DNA of 64,000 nucleotides from Candidatus Kaiserbacteria bacterium (GTDB lineage: Bacteria > Patescibacteriota > Minisyncoccia > Phycocordibacterales > Phycocordibacteraceae). Of this stretch, positions 54,845 to 64,000 are shown one piece after another; position 1 is the first letter of the stretch, and each line of letters starts with the position of its first letter. Location: assembly GCA_016182485.1 (NCBI GenBank), contig JACPGH010000002.1, positions 26,608 through 90,607 on the forward strand, written 5' to 3'. The notes beneath the pieces were generated by a model. It saw only the letters and a list, made by a program, of their open reading frames with translations, did no database searches and was not told the DNA's origin. A program made the position numbers and the translations under genes.

Positions 54845-55927
54845 ATGAAGAAAGCCATCCCGCTTCTTGTCGCATTGGCTCTCACTGCGCCGCTCTCAGG
54901 CCTCGCGCAGGTACAGGAGATGAGCTATATCGAGCGCGCCAAGGTCATCCAGGTGCTCTCGGAATCGATCCGGCCTATCGCCGGGACGGATGCCTCCGCC
55001 GAATACCAGACGCTCACGGCCGAGGTATTGGAAGGCTCGAAAAAGGGCGAGATAGTTACGGTTGAGAATGACTATCTGAATCTCGCGCCGGGCGACCAAT
55101 TCTACGCGCTTCGTACCGTGGTCGACGGAGCGGATTCGTATACCGTGCAGGAGCCGTATCGTCTGCCGACGCTCCAAATATTGGGCGTACTTTTCCTGCT
55201 CACGGTGGTAGTGTTTGGCGGGAAGCAGGGCATCCGGGGCCTGCTCTCGCTCGCCGCCAGCCTCATCGTCATCATTTTCGTATTGATCCCCGGCGTGCTT
55301 GCCGGCTATTCACCCATACTCCTTTCCGTCGCGGTCTCGTCTTTCATAGTCATCATCGGCTCCTATGTTACGCACGGATTCAATCGCACTACGAGCGCGG
55401 CGGTAGTGGGGATGATCGCCACTATCCTCATCACCGGCGCGCTCGCGTACTGGTCGGTGCACTCGGCTCTGCTTTCGGGCTACTCCTCTGACGAAGTTAC
55501 GTACCTGTTTTTCAATACGGGAGGGTCCATAGACCTAGTCGGCCTGCTCCTCGGCGGCATACTTATCGGTCTCCTAGGCATACTCTATGACGCCGCCATC
55601 GGCCAAGCCATTGCCATCGAAGAGCTGAAGCGCGCGGCGGCGCATTATTCTTCCCTCGATCTCTACCGCCGCGGGCTCCGCATCGGCAGAGAGCACATCG
55701 GCGCGCTCGTGAATACTCTCGCGATCGCGTATGTCGGCGCGTCGCTCCCGCTCCTGCTCCTCTTGCGCTTCAGCAACATGTCGCTCTCCTCGACGCTCAA
55801 TCGGGAAATATTCGCCTCCGAGATAGTGCGTACCGCGGTGGGGAGCATCGGGCTCATCCTCGCCGTGCCGGTTACAACGCTCATTTCAGTATGGATGCTT
55901 AGAAGTCGTCCGAACTCCGAAACATGA
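54845..55927 (+). CDS. YibE/F-family membrane protein
   Basis: A signal peptide, an extracytoplasmic domain and a polytopic C-terminal region. Confidence 0.7.
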   Translation: MKKAIPLLVALALTAPLSGLAQVQEMSYIERAKVIQVLSESIRPIAGTDASAEYQTLTAEVLEGSKKGEIVTVENDYLNLAPGDQFYALRTVVDGADSYTVQEPYRLPTLQILGVLFLLTVVVFGGKQGIRGLLSLAASLIVIIFVLIPGVLAGYSPILLSVAVSSFIVIIGSYVTHGFNRTTSAAVVGMIATILITGALAYWSVHSALLSGYSSDEVTYLFFNTGGSIDLVGLLLGGILIGLLGILYDAAIGQAIAIEELKRAAAHYSSLDLYRRGLRIGREHIGALVNTLAIAYVGASLPLLLLLRFSNMSLSSTLNREIFASEIVRTAVGSIGLILAVPVTTLISVWMLRSRPNSET

Positions 55928-56892
55928 ATGATTATTCTTTCTCTTCGAGGGATCCCGCATTGGCCAGGCAGTTGGTATTGGATGAGCTATTCGACTTAAC
56001 GCTCTATCGGCGCCTGCGCGCGTCTGCCGCGGGGGATACGGCTACGATGCTCGATCGCCTGATACCGGTGGAAGAAGGGCATTACGCGTTTTGGCGCGAG
56101 TTTTTCGGACTTCCGGAGCGGCCGCTAGATCTGCGGCGGCGCGTGAAGCTCGCCGTACTGCTTCTTTTCGCGCGCGTGTTCGGGGAAGCGGGGATACATC
56201 TCGTGCTCGAATCAATCGAGATCTACGGCGTGCGCAAATATCTACGCCTGTGGCATCTCTACGGCGATATTCCGCTCGGCCACGCGGTACGGAACGTACT
56301 TACCGACGAGTTCCGGCACGAGGACGAAATCGTATCCGAGACCGCTCGCCGGAGGATGCATCCTGAACGAGTGCGGGACATGTTTCTGGGCTTCAACGAC
56401 GGCCTGGTCGAGATATTAGGCGCGGTTGCGGGCTTTTTCGCGGCGTTTGAGCTAGCCACTTCCGTGCTCGTTGCCGGACTGACCGTTGCAGTGGCGGGCT
56501 CCATTTCCATGGCGGCGGGCGCGTTCGCCGCGCTCTCATCGCAGCAGGAGGTTAGCGAGCTCGAAGAGCAGAAAAAGGAATTTCTGAGCGGGAAGAAACA
56601 AGAGGGCGAGGCGGCGGGAAGCCCCGTTTCTTCGGCGGTGGTGGTCGGCATCTCGTATTTCGTGGGAGCCATGGTGCCGGTATTGCCCGTTCTTTTTGGC
56701 GCCACGACGGCGTTCGCGTCCATTACGGCAGGCGTGTTAGTCGCGATGCTCGTGTCGTATGTCATTGCCATTCTCTCCGGCATGCGCCTCGGCAAGCGTA
56801 TCGCGGTAAATCTGACCATCATTGCCATCGCCGTTTCAGTAACCTACGCGATCGGCATCGCGGCGAAAGAGATCTTAGGAATTACCTTATAA
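55924..56892 (+). CDS. VIT1/CCC1-family transporter with N-terminal ferritin-like domain
   Basis: Rubrerythrin-like N-terminus (EEGHYAFW; DEFRHEDE) and VIT-type TM helices. Confidence 0.7.
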   Translation: MNDYSFSSRDPALARQLVLDELFDLTLYRRLRASAAGDTATMLDRLIPVEEGHYAFWREFFGLPERPLDLRRRVKLAVLLLFARVFGEAGIHLVLESIEIYGVRKYLRLWHLYGDIPLGHAVRNVLTDEFRHEDEIVSETARRRMHPERVRDMFLGFNDGLVEILGAVAGFFAAFELATSVLVAGLTVAVAGSISMAAGAFAALSSQQEVSELEEQKKEFLSGKKQEGEAAGSPVSSAVVVGISYFVGAMVPVLPVLFGATTAFASITAGVLVAMLVSYVIAILSGMRLGKRIAVNLTIIAIAVSVTYAIGIAAKEILGITL

Positions 56893-56911
56893 GCAAGAGG
56901 AACTCGGAAGG

Positions 56912-58072
56912 CTACTCCCGCGTGATGCGATAGATGGCTCCCGCGTGATCGTCTGATACGTATACAATGCCACCCGGCTCGGCGAGAATGCCGGCCGGAC
57001 GGCCAATCGCCTCGCCTTCTTTAAGGAAGCCGGTTATGAAATCAGTCGTGCTCGTGTGCTGGCCATCAGGGGTAAGCTTCATCCGCACGACCTTATATCC
57101 GGTCGGTACGCTGCGATTCCAGGAACCGTGGTATGCGACGAGCAGGTCGCCTTGAAATTCGGCAGGCCAACCTTCTGCAGGAATGAATGCCAGGCCGAGC
57201 GGCGCCGAGTGCGCGGGAATGTCTATATGGCTCGGCACCGATTCTTGTGCGAAGCTGGGACGGGCATTGGGATTGAAGGCGAAGTCCTCGACGTTCTGGC
57301 CATAGAACCAGGGCCAGCCGTACCACGCCCTCTCGCGCAGGATATTTATCTCGTCGGGCGGAAGGTCGTCGCCCAAGAAGTCCCGGCCCATATCCGTGCC
57401 CCAGACTTCTCCGCGGCGGGCGGCCATGAATACCGTATTGCGCAGGCCGGTGGCGAAGGGGCGCACAGCGCCGCTTTCAAGATCGATCGCGAGTATAGCG
57501 GCCCGCCGCGGATCTCGCTCGTTGCAGACATTGCAGGAGGAGCCGATGGCGACCAGCAGGTCCTTGCCATTCGGGTGGGCGAGAAGCGAGCGCGTGGTGT
57601 GCCCGCGGCCGAAGGGGAGCGCGGCGAGCGTCCGTACGTAGGTCGCCTGGCGCGTCTCTGGATCATACGCGTATTCGCGCACGGCATGTTCCTCGGCGAT
57701 ATAGAAAGCGCAGTCAGGCGCACAGCGGAAGGCGAGGCCGTGCGGTTTGCGTAAGCCGCTTATTATCTGGACTACGGTATCGGCTACCCCGTTTGCATCA
57801 GCGTCAGGCAGAGCAACTACCGAACCATTATCGGTGAGCGAGGCGAGGAGCACGCCTCGCGGATCGCGGAGGAGCACACGCGCGCCGGGAACATCATTGG
57901 TGTAGAGCCGCGCGACGAATCCCTCCTCAAGTGAGAAGGGTAGCGGTTCCCCCTCCGGCAGTTGCGGCGCCGGACGTATAAAGGGCAGTATGCCCTTAAC
58001 GGCACCCCAGGTACTCCAAAGCCCTAGTCCTATCACAAGTAGGAAAAGCAACCCCCAGCCTGCGTATCTCAT
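56912..58072 (-). CDS. PQQ-dependent sugar dehydrogenase (soluble glucose/sorbosone dehydrogenase family beta-propeller)
   Basis: Typical motifs PHGLAF, GLRNTV and WYGWPW. It has a TM anchor. Confidence 0.75.
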   Translation of the reverse strand: MRYAGWGLLFLLVIGLGLWSTWGAVKGILPFIRPAPQLPEGEPLPFSLEEGFVARLYTNDVPGARVLLRDPRGVLLASLTDNGSVVALPDADANGVADTVVQIISGLRKPHGLAFRCAPDCAFYIAEEHAVREYAYDPETRQATYVRTLAALPFGRGHTTRSLLAHPNGKDLLVAIGSSCNVCNERDPRRAAILAIDLESGAVRPFATGLRNTVFMAARRGEVWGTDMGRDFLGDDLPPDEINILRERAWYGWPWFYGQNVEDFAFNPNARPSFAQESVPSHIDIPAHSAPLGLAFIPAEGWPAEFQGDLLVAYHGSWNRSVPTGYKVVRMKLTPDGQHTSTTDFITGFLKEGEAIGRPAGILAEPGGIVYVSDDHAGAIYRITRE

Positions 58073-58177
58073 CGCGGGAGTATGCAGAACCTGGTTATTA
58101 GAAATGATGAATCTCAAGCTCGCCCGTGTTGAAAGTAACTGAAGTTGTCGATATTTTTTGTACACTGAATGGAGGTC

Positions 58178-58525
58178 ATGGATAATTTCCAGAAAGGTTT
58201 CGCCTCGGTGCTCGTTCTCGCGCTGGTCATCGTGCTTGCCGGCGGCGCTCTCTACTACGGGCAGCGCGCATCGAATCAACAGTTTCAAACACGAGGAGAA
58301 AGAAGCGGAGATGCCCCCGCGGAGTGCGAATCTAAAGAAGCGCTGGAGAGGAGTCTAGTGCAGGCCCAAAAAAGTGGCGGGATTACGCCGGACTCGCATG
58401 CATACCTAACCCGCTGCTTGGAGGAACTCGAACAACAGGGAATTAATGTTGGCGATCTAAAAAGTGGTCTCTCGAAACTTGTGGTCGGTGGCAGCCGGCC
58501 GGGGAATCTACCACGGAGCAGATAG
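58178..58525 (+). CDS. hypothetical membrane-anchored protein
   Basis: TM helix. Length 116 aa. Confidence 0.4.
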   Translation: MDNFQKGFASVLVLALVIVLAGGALYYGQRASNQQFQTRGERSGDAPAECESKEALERSLVQAQKSGGITPDSHAYLTRCLEELEQQGINVGDLKSGLSKLVVGGSRPGNLPRSR

Positions 58526-58554
58526 TCCCTCCGTTATTCGTTAAAAAAGGGCAG

Positions 58555-58806
58555 GTGATAGTCACGGGTCTTCAAGAGAAAGTGAATCCCGAACGTCCCG
58601 GATTCGACTGGGGGATCATGGATTTTCGGCATGAGAATGACGCGTCGAAAGATCCTCAATTCCGCGAACTCTACGGCTATGCTTCATGGAATACGTACCA
58701 TGGCGTCTGCTGGTTCGATCTCTTGCCGGCCGAAGAGGAAGCATTGGTTAGAAGTTTCCCCGGAGTAGACGGCAAAGAAGGGAAGAACAGCGAATACTGC
58801 GACTAG
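58555..58806 (+). CDS. hypothetical protein
   Basis: Length 83 aa. Confidence 0.4.
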   Translation: MIVTGLQEKVNPERPGFDWGIMDFRHENDASKDPQFRELYGYASWNTYHGVCWFDLLPAEEEALVRSFPGVDGKEGKNSEYCD

Positions 58807-59020
58807 AACCGGACGGTTTCAATGATCTGATCAGCCAGCGGATCGAAATCGAAAGTTTGTCGTTCCCGTTCGCATTTTGATCTATCGGGTTCCTCATAGT
58901 TCGCGCATTCCGGGTACCGGAGCACTGCACGGAGCGAGTCTTGTGGATGTCGGACATCCACAGGACCTAAATCGAAGGCGGGGAAGATGTTCGAACTTAT
59001 TTGAAAAGAAATGAGAACCG

Positions 59021-59047
59021 CCCGAGAGGCGAGCGGCCTCTCGGGCG
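59021..59047. terminator. GC-rich palindrome CCGCCCGAGAGGCGAGCGGCCTCTCGGGCGG between convergent genes
   Basis: It has the same arms as the 50884 element. Confidence 0.5.
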
Positions 59048-59073
59048 GTGTTGAGCGGAATGCAGAGTGGGGT

Positions 59074-59355
59074 CTACGGAGGCGTAATATCGATACTGGT
59101 GAGCCAGTCATGATCTCCAGGATTCATACCAGAGAGCGGTCGAGGGAAGATTACTTCTCGTTGTTCGTCGCCTCGCTCGATGATGAGCTTCCACCCGTCA
59201 TGCTGCGTTTCGACGAACCACTGCAATAGGCCGAGAGCTTGCTTTACGACCTCGACATCAGCGCCGAGCCGCAAAGCTTTTCGCATGTTGCGTAGCTCTA
59301 GTGCTGATTCTGGAGAGAAGTCGAATTGAAGCCTGAGTCTGAGTTTGTCATTCAC
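59074..59355 (-). CDS. hypothetical protein
   Basis: Length 93 aa. Confidence 0.4.
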   Translation of the reverse strand: MNDKLRLRLQFDFSPESALELRNMRKALRLGADVEVVKQALGLLQWFVETQHDGWKLIIERGDEQREVIFPRPLSGMNPGDHDWLTSIDITPP

Positions 59356-59691
59356 ACCTGCATCCTCCTGTCTATGTAGATCAACATCCTGCCGGCAGAC
59401 TAGCTCTTGGGAAGAGAAGCGTCAAATTGCACCCGTGAATTCTAGTTTGAAATGCAACACGCCTTGTTGAATATCGCGCAGGAGCGCATCCTCCAATACG
59501 CTTGCGGGGCGTATGGTTCATGAGCTCAGTCGCTTATCACAAATTATCGACGACCGTCATATATTTGTGATAAGCGGCTGGAGCAAGGCTATGCGCGATA
59601 CTCAAACTTGTTTTGCATTGACAATGACATCCGCCCGAGAGTGTCGCGCCCGGCGCAAATGCGCTCCGAAAGTTGAGCAAGTTATGCCGAG

Positions 59692-60204
59692 TCACATTTT
59701 CCGGCTGTCGTAGGCCCAGTGCAGAACCGCCTGTCTTTGGGTGGGACGGCAGGTCAGGTCTTTCGGCCTGCAGTTCTTTTTGATTTGCGATATATGCCGA
59801 CGGATGGCTTTCCACCTCTGTATCTGCCGCTCGTCTTCGCCGGGCAGTCGTCTCCCCATATAGTAGCGGCAATACCATTGGAACCAGCCGCGTGGATCAT
59901 GCGCTTCATTGATCCATCCTTTTTTCCGCCACACCGAAAGCGGCTGGCTGGCGCGCTTATGAAAAAAGTTTAACGCGTCGTCGTGATGCGCGGGCGAGAG
60001 CTTGGCGCGCACATACCAGCTTTTGGGAAACTCTTTCCGGCAGTCGGTCATGTACTTGCCGCCAAAGACGCCGAGAGCGAGCATTTCCTTCGGCGTAAGT
60101 TCCGGCTTGAAATTCGGATGAAAATTCCGTCCCGCCGGTTCGATCAATTCGTACCGATATCCCTTTTGCATCTTATCGCTGACCTTTACGGTTCTTTTTT
60201 TCAT
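59692..60204 (-). CDS. hypothetical protein (WFQWYCRYYMGRR motif)
   Basis: Length 170 aa and basic. No domain could be assigned from memory. Confidence 0.5.
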   Translation of the reverse strand: MKKRTVKVSDKMQKGYRYELIEPAGRNFHPNFKPELTPKEMLALGVFGGKYMTDCRKEFPKSWYVRAKLSPAHHDDALNFFHKRASQPLSVWRKKGWINEAHDPRGWFQWYCRYYMGRRLPGEDERQIQRWKAIRRHISQIKKNCRPKDLTCRPTQRQAVLHWAYDSRKM

Positions 60205-60212
60205 GGCGGGCT

Positions 60213-61703
60213 TTAAGACTCATTCTCGATCAAATTGGCGGCGATGCGCCCTGACTCGTAAATGGTCGGCAAACCGCTGCCCGGATGAGTGCCGCCCCCG
60301 ACCAGATACATGTTCCGCATTTCTTCAAACCGATTGTGCGGACGGAACCAGAGCATCTGCCGCAGTTGGTGGCCAAGATTGAAGACGGCTCCGTGCGCCA
60401 CGTTAAAGTCCCTTTCCCAGTCGGCCGGAGTAATTATCTTCTCGGTCTCGATATTCTCCCGGATATCATGGAGGCCCAGGCGGCTTATCATCAAGTCCAG
60501 CGTTTGTTCGCGCAGAACCGGCGCCGCCTTCTGCCAGTCAATTTCAGACAGGTTGTTGGGTACCGGCACAAGGACATACAGGGCCGACTTGCCCTCCGGC
60601 GCCAGCGTAGGATCAACCCGGCTGGCGTCGCGGACATAGAAAGAGAAGTCCTTGTCCGTAAGACGGCCTTCGAAAACATCGCTGACATTCGCTTCGTAGT
60701 CCTTGGCGAAGACGATATTGTGATGCTCCAATCCGTATCGTTTGCCGACTCCCAGATACATCATGAATATGGAACAGGAATATTTTTTCTTGAGCAGTTT
60801 ATTCGGCGCGTATTTTTTGAGCGAACCTTCGGGCATGAGTTCCTTCATGGCATACGAGAAATCCGCGTTCAAAATAACCCTGTCCGCGGGGACCATCCGG
60901 CCGTCATCGAGCTCGACGCCCGTCGCCGCGCCTTTTTCAGACAGCACTCTCTTTACTGCCGAGTCGTAATGGATCTTGCCGCCCTCTTCCTCGACCACCT
61001 TGGCCATGGCCTCCGCAAGCGAAGAAAGTCCGCCGGCGACGTGCTCCACTCCGAACTGCTGTTCGACATACGGCACCATGGCAAAGGCCCCGGGGCATTT
61101 CCAGGGCGACATGCCCAGATACTTCGACTGGAAGGTAAAGCAGAGCCGCGCTTTCTTTTGTTTGAAATAATGTCCCAGCACTTGGTAAAGAGTCCGGCCG
61201 ACTGCAAACGCGGGCAAGGCCCGGATAAAATTGGGACGAAAGGCATCGAAGATGTTGTTGTTGTGATGGGATAAGATCGGATACAGCTTGGCCAGGCGGT
61301 TTCTTTCCTTACTATTGAACTTGAGCAATCCTTTCTCTTCTCCCGGGAAAGCCCGTGCCAATTCCGCAAGCATCTTATCGTCTTCCTCGTATACGTTCAT
61401 CTCCCTGTCATCGAAGTAGAGACGATACATGGGCGAAAGCCGGGTCAGTAGAACATAATCCTCCAGCTTGCGGCCGGTCGCCTTGAAGATATCCCGCAGT
61501 ACGAAGTCCATCATGAAAAAGGTCGGACCGACGTCAAACTTGTATTCCCCCAGGCGGATGTATCCGTTACGCCCTCCGGGAAGGGGATTCTTCTCGAATA
61601 TCTCCACCTCGAAACCCTTATGCGCCAAAAGCATGCCTGCCGCCAATCCTCCCGGCCCCGCTCCGACTATCACTATTTTCTTTTTGTTATTTTCCGCCCC
61701 CAT
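60213..61703 (-). CDS. phytoene-desaturase-family FAD-dependent oxidoreductase (CrtI/CrtN-like)
   Basis: The N-terminal Rossmann motif is VGAGPGGLAAG, with a CrtI-like C-terminus. The MGAENNKKK start is preferred. It overlaps the upstream paralogue by 17 nt. Confidence 0.8.
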   Translation of the reverse strand: MGAENNKKKIVIVGAGPGGLAAGMLLAHKGFEVEIFEKNPLPGGRNGYIRLGEYKFDVGPTFFMMDFVLRDIFKATGRKLEDYVLLTRLSPMYRLYFDDREMNVYEEDDKMLAELARAFPGEEKGLLKFNSKERNRLAKLYPILSHHNNNIFDAFRPNFIRALPAFAVGRTLYQVLGHYFKQKKARLCFTFQSKYLGMSPWKCPGAFAMVPYVEQQFGVEHVAGGLSSLAEAMAKVVEEEGGKIHYDSAVKRVLSEKGAATGVELDDGRMVPADRVILNADFSYAMKELMPEGSLKKYAPNKLLKKKYSCSIFMMYLGVGKRYGLEHHNIVFAKDYEANVSDVFEGRLTDKDFSFYVRDASRVDPTLAPEGKSALYVLVPVPNNLSEIDWQKAAPVLREQTLDLMISRLGLHDIRENIETEKIITPADWERDFNVAHGAVFNLGHQLRQMLWFRPHNRFEEMRNMYLVGGGTHPGSGLPTIYESGRIAANLIENES

Positions 61704-63138
61704 ATTTCGCCACGATCTTATCTCCCACTTGCTGTCCTGACAGCACCGCCATGGGCATGCCGCCTCCCGGATTGACGCTTCCGCCGACAAAGTAGAGGTT
61801 CTCGTACATTTCACTCTGCTTCGGCGCCTTGAAGCCGAGATTCTTGCGCCTGTCCGACACCACGCCGTAAATGGCCCCTCGATTGGAATAGTAGCGCTTC
61901 TCTATATCCTCCGGCGTCCACATATCTTCGGTTATGATGTGCCTCCTCAGATCAGTGAGGCCCATCCGTTCGAGCTTGGAGAGGACTCTTTCGCGTAGAG
62001 CGGCATATTCCTCTGCCGTGAAGCGCTTATCCTGAAGATGCGGAATATGCGGCAGAATTTTGATGTTCTCGCACCCCGGCGGCGCCTGGGTCTTATCGGT
62101 GCGTGCGGGGGCCACTAGATATATAGTCGGGTCTTCTGGCAGGACCTTCTTGTTGAACACGGAATCGAAATGCTCTTTCGGCTCCTTCGAGAAAAAGAAG
62201 TTGTGGTGAGCCAGCTGGGGATATTCGCGGTCGACTCCAAGATGCAAGACCAGGCCGGAACAGGCGGGTTCAAATTTCTTCTCATATCGCTTAAGAAATT
62301 CCGCTGGTTCCTCGGTGAGTTTGCGATAGGCGGGGATTACTTCCATATCGGAGACATACAAGTCGGCGCGGATAATCTCTCCGGAAGCGAGGCGCAAGCC
62401 GGAGATCTTGTCCCCCGATTTCTCCATTTTAATGACCTCGCTGCCAAGGCTTATCTTGACTCCCAAGTCGCGGAGCAGTTTTTGCAGTCCCTTGGCCAAG
62501 TTGTACAGGCCGCCGTCAACGTACCACAGGTCATACTTGAACTGGACGTGAGCCAAAAGGCCTAGGATGGCGGGGGCGTTGTATGCCGATGAGCCGACGT
62601 ACTTTATGAAAAAGTCCATGATCTCGCGGAGATGCGGGTCGGAAATGTACTCGGCGGTTCTCTCGTGCATGGTCGAAAAGACGTCGGCTTCTCGCAAGAG
62701 CGACACTGGTCCGTAGAACTTCACCGTAGGCCAAAGCTTGTCCAAACCCCGGCGGAAGTATCCCCGCTCCGCGAAGTTGTAAAGCCTCTCGGAGTACCGC
62801 AAATATTTATCGAGCTCAGGAGAAACGTTTTCTGGCGACAGGTCCATTACCGTTCCGTCCTCAAAAAAATTACGCCAATGGGGGCGGAGCGGACGGATCG
62901 AAACGTAGTCTTCCAGTTTCTTGCCCGCCCGCTCGAAGAGCGCGCGGAAAATATGGGGCAGAGTCAGTATGGAAGGCCCGAGGTCGAAGGAGAAGCCGTT
63001 CTTTTGGAGCAGATTGAGCTTGCCTCCGACGTGATCGTTCTTTTCATATATCTCAACCTCATACCCGGCCGCCGCCAATGATGCCGCAGCTGAAATCCCC
63101 CCCAACCCCGCCCCGATAATCGCCACTTTTCTTGGCAC
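61687..63138 (-). CDS. phytoene-desaturase-family FAD-dependent oxidoreductase (CrtI/CrtN-like)
   Basis: IIGAGLGGISAA Rossmann motif. Length 483 aa. Confidence 0.8.
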   Translation of the reverse strand: MPRKVAIIGAGLGGISAAASLAAAGYEVEIYEKNDHVGGKLNLLQKNGFSFDLGPSILTLPHIFRALFERAGKKLEDYVSIRPLRPHWRNFFEDGTVMDLSPENVSPELDKYLRYSERLYNFAERGYFRRGLDKLWPTVKFYGPVSLLREADVFSTMHERTAEYISDPHLREIMDFFIKYVGSSAYNAPAILGLLAHVQFKYDLWYVDGGLYNLAKGLQKLLRDLGVKISLGSEVIKMEKSGDKISGLRLASGEIIRADLYVSDMEVIPAYRKLTEEPAEFLKRYEKKFEPACSGLVLHLGVDREYPQLAHHNFFFSKEPKEHFDSVFNKKVLPEDPTIYLVAPARTDKTQAPPGCENIKILPHIPHLQDKRFTAEEYAALRERVLSKLERMGLTDLRRHIITEDMWTPEDIEKRYYSNRGAIYGVVSDRRKNLGFKAPKQSEMYENLYFVGGSVNPGGGMPMAVLSGQQVGDKIVAKYGGGK

Positions 63139-63511
63139 AATGGTGCAATTATATCAGCTCAGCGGCCAAGATTATCCCCGGGCGCAACGGGATTGGGGAA
63201 GGGAAGTGAGCTCGTCGAAGCAGCGGGTATCTAATTCAAAGTCCAGATAGTGTAGTTCAAATACGCGGCGTAGCTCACCCAAGGAATGTAGGGCGCCAGG
63301 AGCCACGCGGCCGTACATCCTTATATACTCAAGTATATTGGGATGTTGTTTTTTATTCCGAGGCTTGAAGGACCACACAAGGTAAAGCGCGTGCGGGGCC
63401 GGGCCTACTTCTGGCTGAACCTGAAGAACGCATCGTACGACTCATTGTAGCCGGGCTTGTCGTAGGCGACTTTCCAGCCCGCCGAAAACGATACCTTATA
63501 TTCTCAAGTAT

Positions 63512-63799
63512 TTAAGGATGTTTGCGGAAGGATTGCAGGAATTTAACAAAGCTTTTGCCGTAAGGCGAAAGCGTATGCTCGACGAATTTCCCCCGGTATT
63601 TCTTGTTGACCAATCCTGCCACGGCAAGCCGTCTCGTGTGCTCTCCAAGCGTCTTCTCGTTCGCGCCGATCGCGGAAACGATATTGTCCAACGTCGCTCC
63701 ATCGTTATCCGCGATGTACAGCAAAATTTCAATTCGGTAATGGTTCGACATTCCCTTCAAATGCCGCTCCATCTGTCTCGCTGTTTTCATTTTTGCCAT
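63512..63799 (-). CDS. ArsR/SmtB-family winged-helix transcriptional regulator
   Basis: The HTH reads ATLDNIVSAIGANEKTLGEHTRRLAVAGLV. Length 95 aa. Confidence 0.65.
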   Translation of the reverse strand: MAKMKTARQMERHLKGMSNHYRIEILLYIADNDGATLDNIVSAIGANEKTLGEHTRRLAVAGLVNKKYRGKFVEHTLSPYGKSFVKFLQSFRKHP

Positions 63800-63820
63800 G
63801 CTTACATTATCTCACTATAG

Positions 63821-63846
63821 CCTTATATACTCAAGTTTTTAAGGAT
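63821..63846. promoter_or_regulatory. operator-like dyad CCTTATATACTCAAGTTTTTAAGGAT, about 22 bp upstream of the ArsR-family gene
   Basis: The same 26-28-bp motif recurs at 63317..63344 and 63494..63519 (CCTTATAT(A/T)CTCAAGT(A/T)T(A/T)T.AGGAT). Confidence 0.45.
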
Positions 63847-64000
63847 ATTAAGGGACGCGGGACAGGGCCTTAACTCTGGTGCGACGTGATTTATGTTGAT
63901 GAATAAGTTTGAATGCGTTGCTTACTTTAGTTATTTTTTATCAGAATTAGGAGGCTCAACAAATTTTAATGAGATCGAATTCACGCAATGGCGGATGTTT

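Noticed and set aside
63172-63378. ORF 63172..63378 as a full 68-aa gene
   Set aside because: Its first 20 codons are the translation of the operator-like repeat. At most a 48-aa ORF from the internal ATG is plausible, and even that is weakly supported.

Overview
The window is a 64 kb stretch of compact, high-GC bacterial chromosome with genes on both strands. About 75 protein genes are supportable. One tRNA is clear (Leu-UAA), and there are no rRNAs and no CRISPR array. I cannot place the organism beyond bacterial. The gene content is of mixed character and does not point to an obvious phylum, so I leave the taxon open.

Recognisable genes:
- Housekeeping: pyrB, a class-IV aminotransferase, rbfA with a short infB, a NifS/IscS-type cysteine desulfurase, clpB, rpmG, miaA, a 2-Cys peroxiredoxin, panD, pcm, mltG, cspA, an HtrA-like protease, an ECF sigma factor, and a sigma-54 enhancer-binding protein that lacks a sensory domain.
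- A mannoside-utilisation cluster: three GH130 phosphorylases and one GH125 alpha-mannosidase.
- Two VIT/CCC1 iron-transporter paralogues.
- A PQQ-type sugar dehydrogenase.
- Two overlapping CrtI-like desaturases.
- A Pif1-like helicase.
- A sortase with a small neighbouring candidate substrate.
- A membrane-anchored cohesin-domain protein preceded by an orphan dockerin fragment.
- A pair of Kelch beta-propeller proteins joined by Pro/Thr-rich linkers.

Most notable features:
1. A lower-GC defence island of about 9 kb at 17959..26979, entirely on the minus strand. It carries a Septu-like pair (ptuA ATPase and ptuB HNH nuclease), an unassigned 526-aa protein with an HEPN-like Rx4H motif, and a complete type I restriction-modification system (hsdR, hsdM, hsdS). 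hsdR is frameshifted near its C-terminus. A small coiled-coil gene leads the array.
2. An undescribed-looking family of intergenic repeats. Each copy is two 21-bp perfect palindromes of TGTGAAGGTCWGACCTTCACA about 44 bp apart. There are five loci. Two of them are identical 65-bp direct repeats that bracket a single hypothetical gene like a cassette.
3. Further palindrome families:
   - A GGACATCGGATGTCC pair sits in-frame inside miaA and also forms the shared stop-codon hairpin of miaA and its convergent neighbour.
   - An AGTAAAGAGGTTTAACCTCTTTACT hairpin supplies the stop codon and the SKEV C-termini of two convergent or unrelated genes.
   - GC-rich hairpins are shared between two convergent-gene junctions.
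4. A roughly 380-nt GC-rich structured non-coding region ending in a clean intrinsic terminator, which may be an ncRNA.
5. A thrice-repeated operator-like motif around an ArsR-type regulator at the 3' edge of the window.

Coordinates of features that I defined myself may be off by one or two nucleotides.
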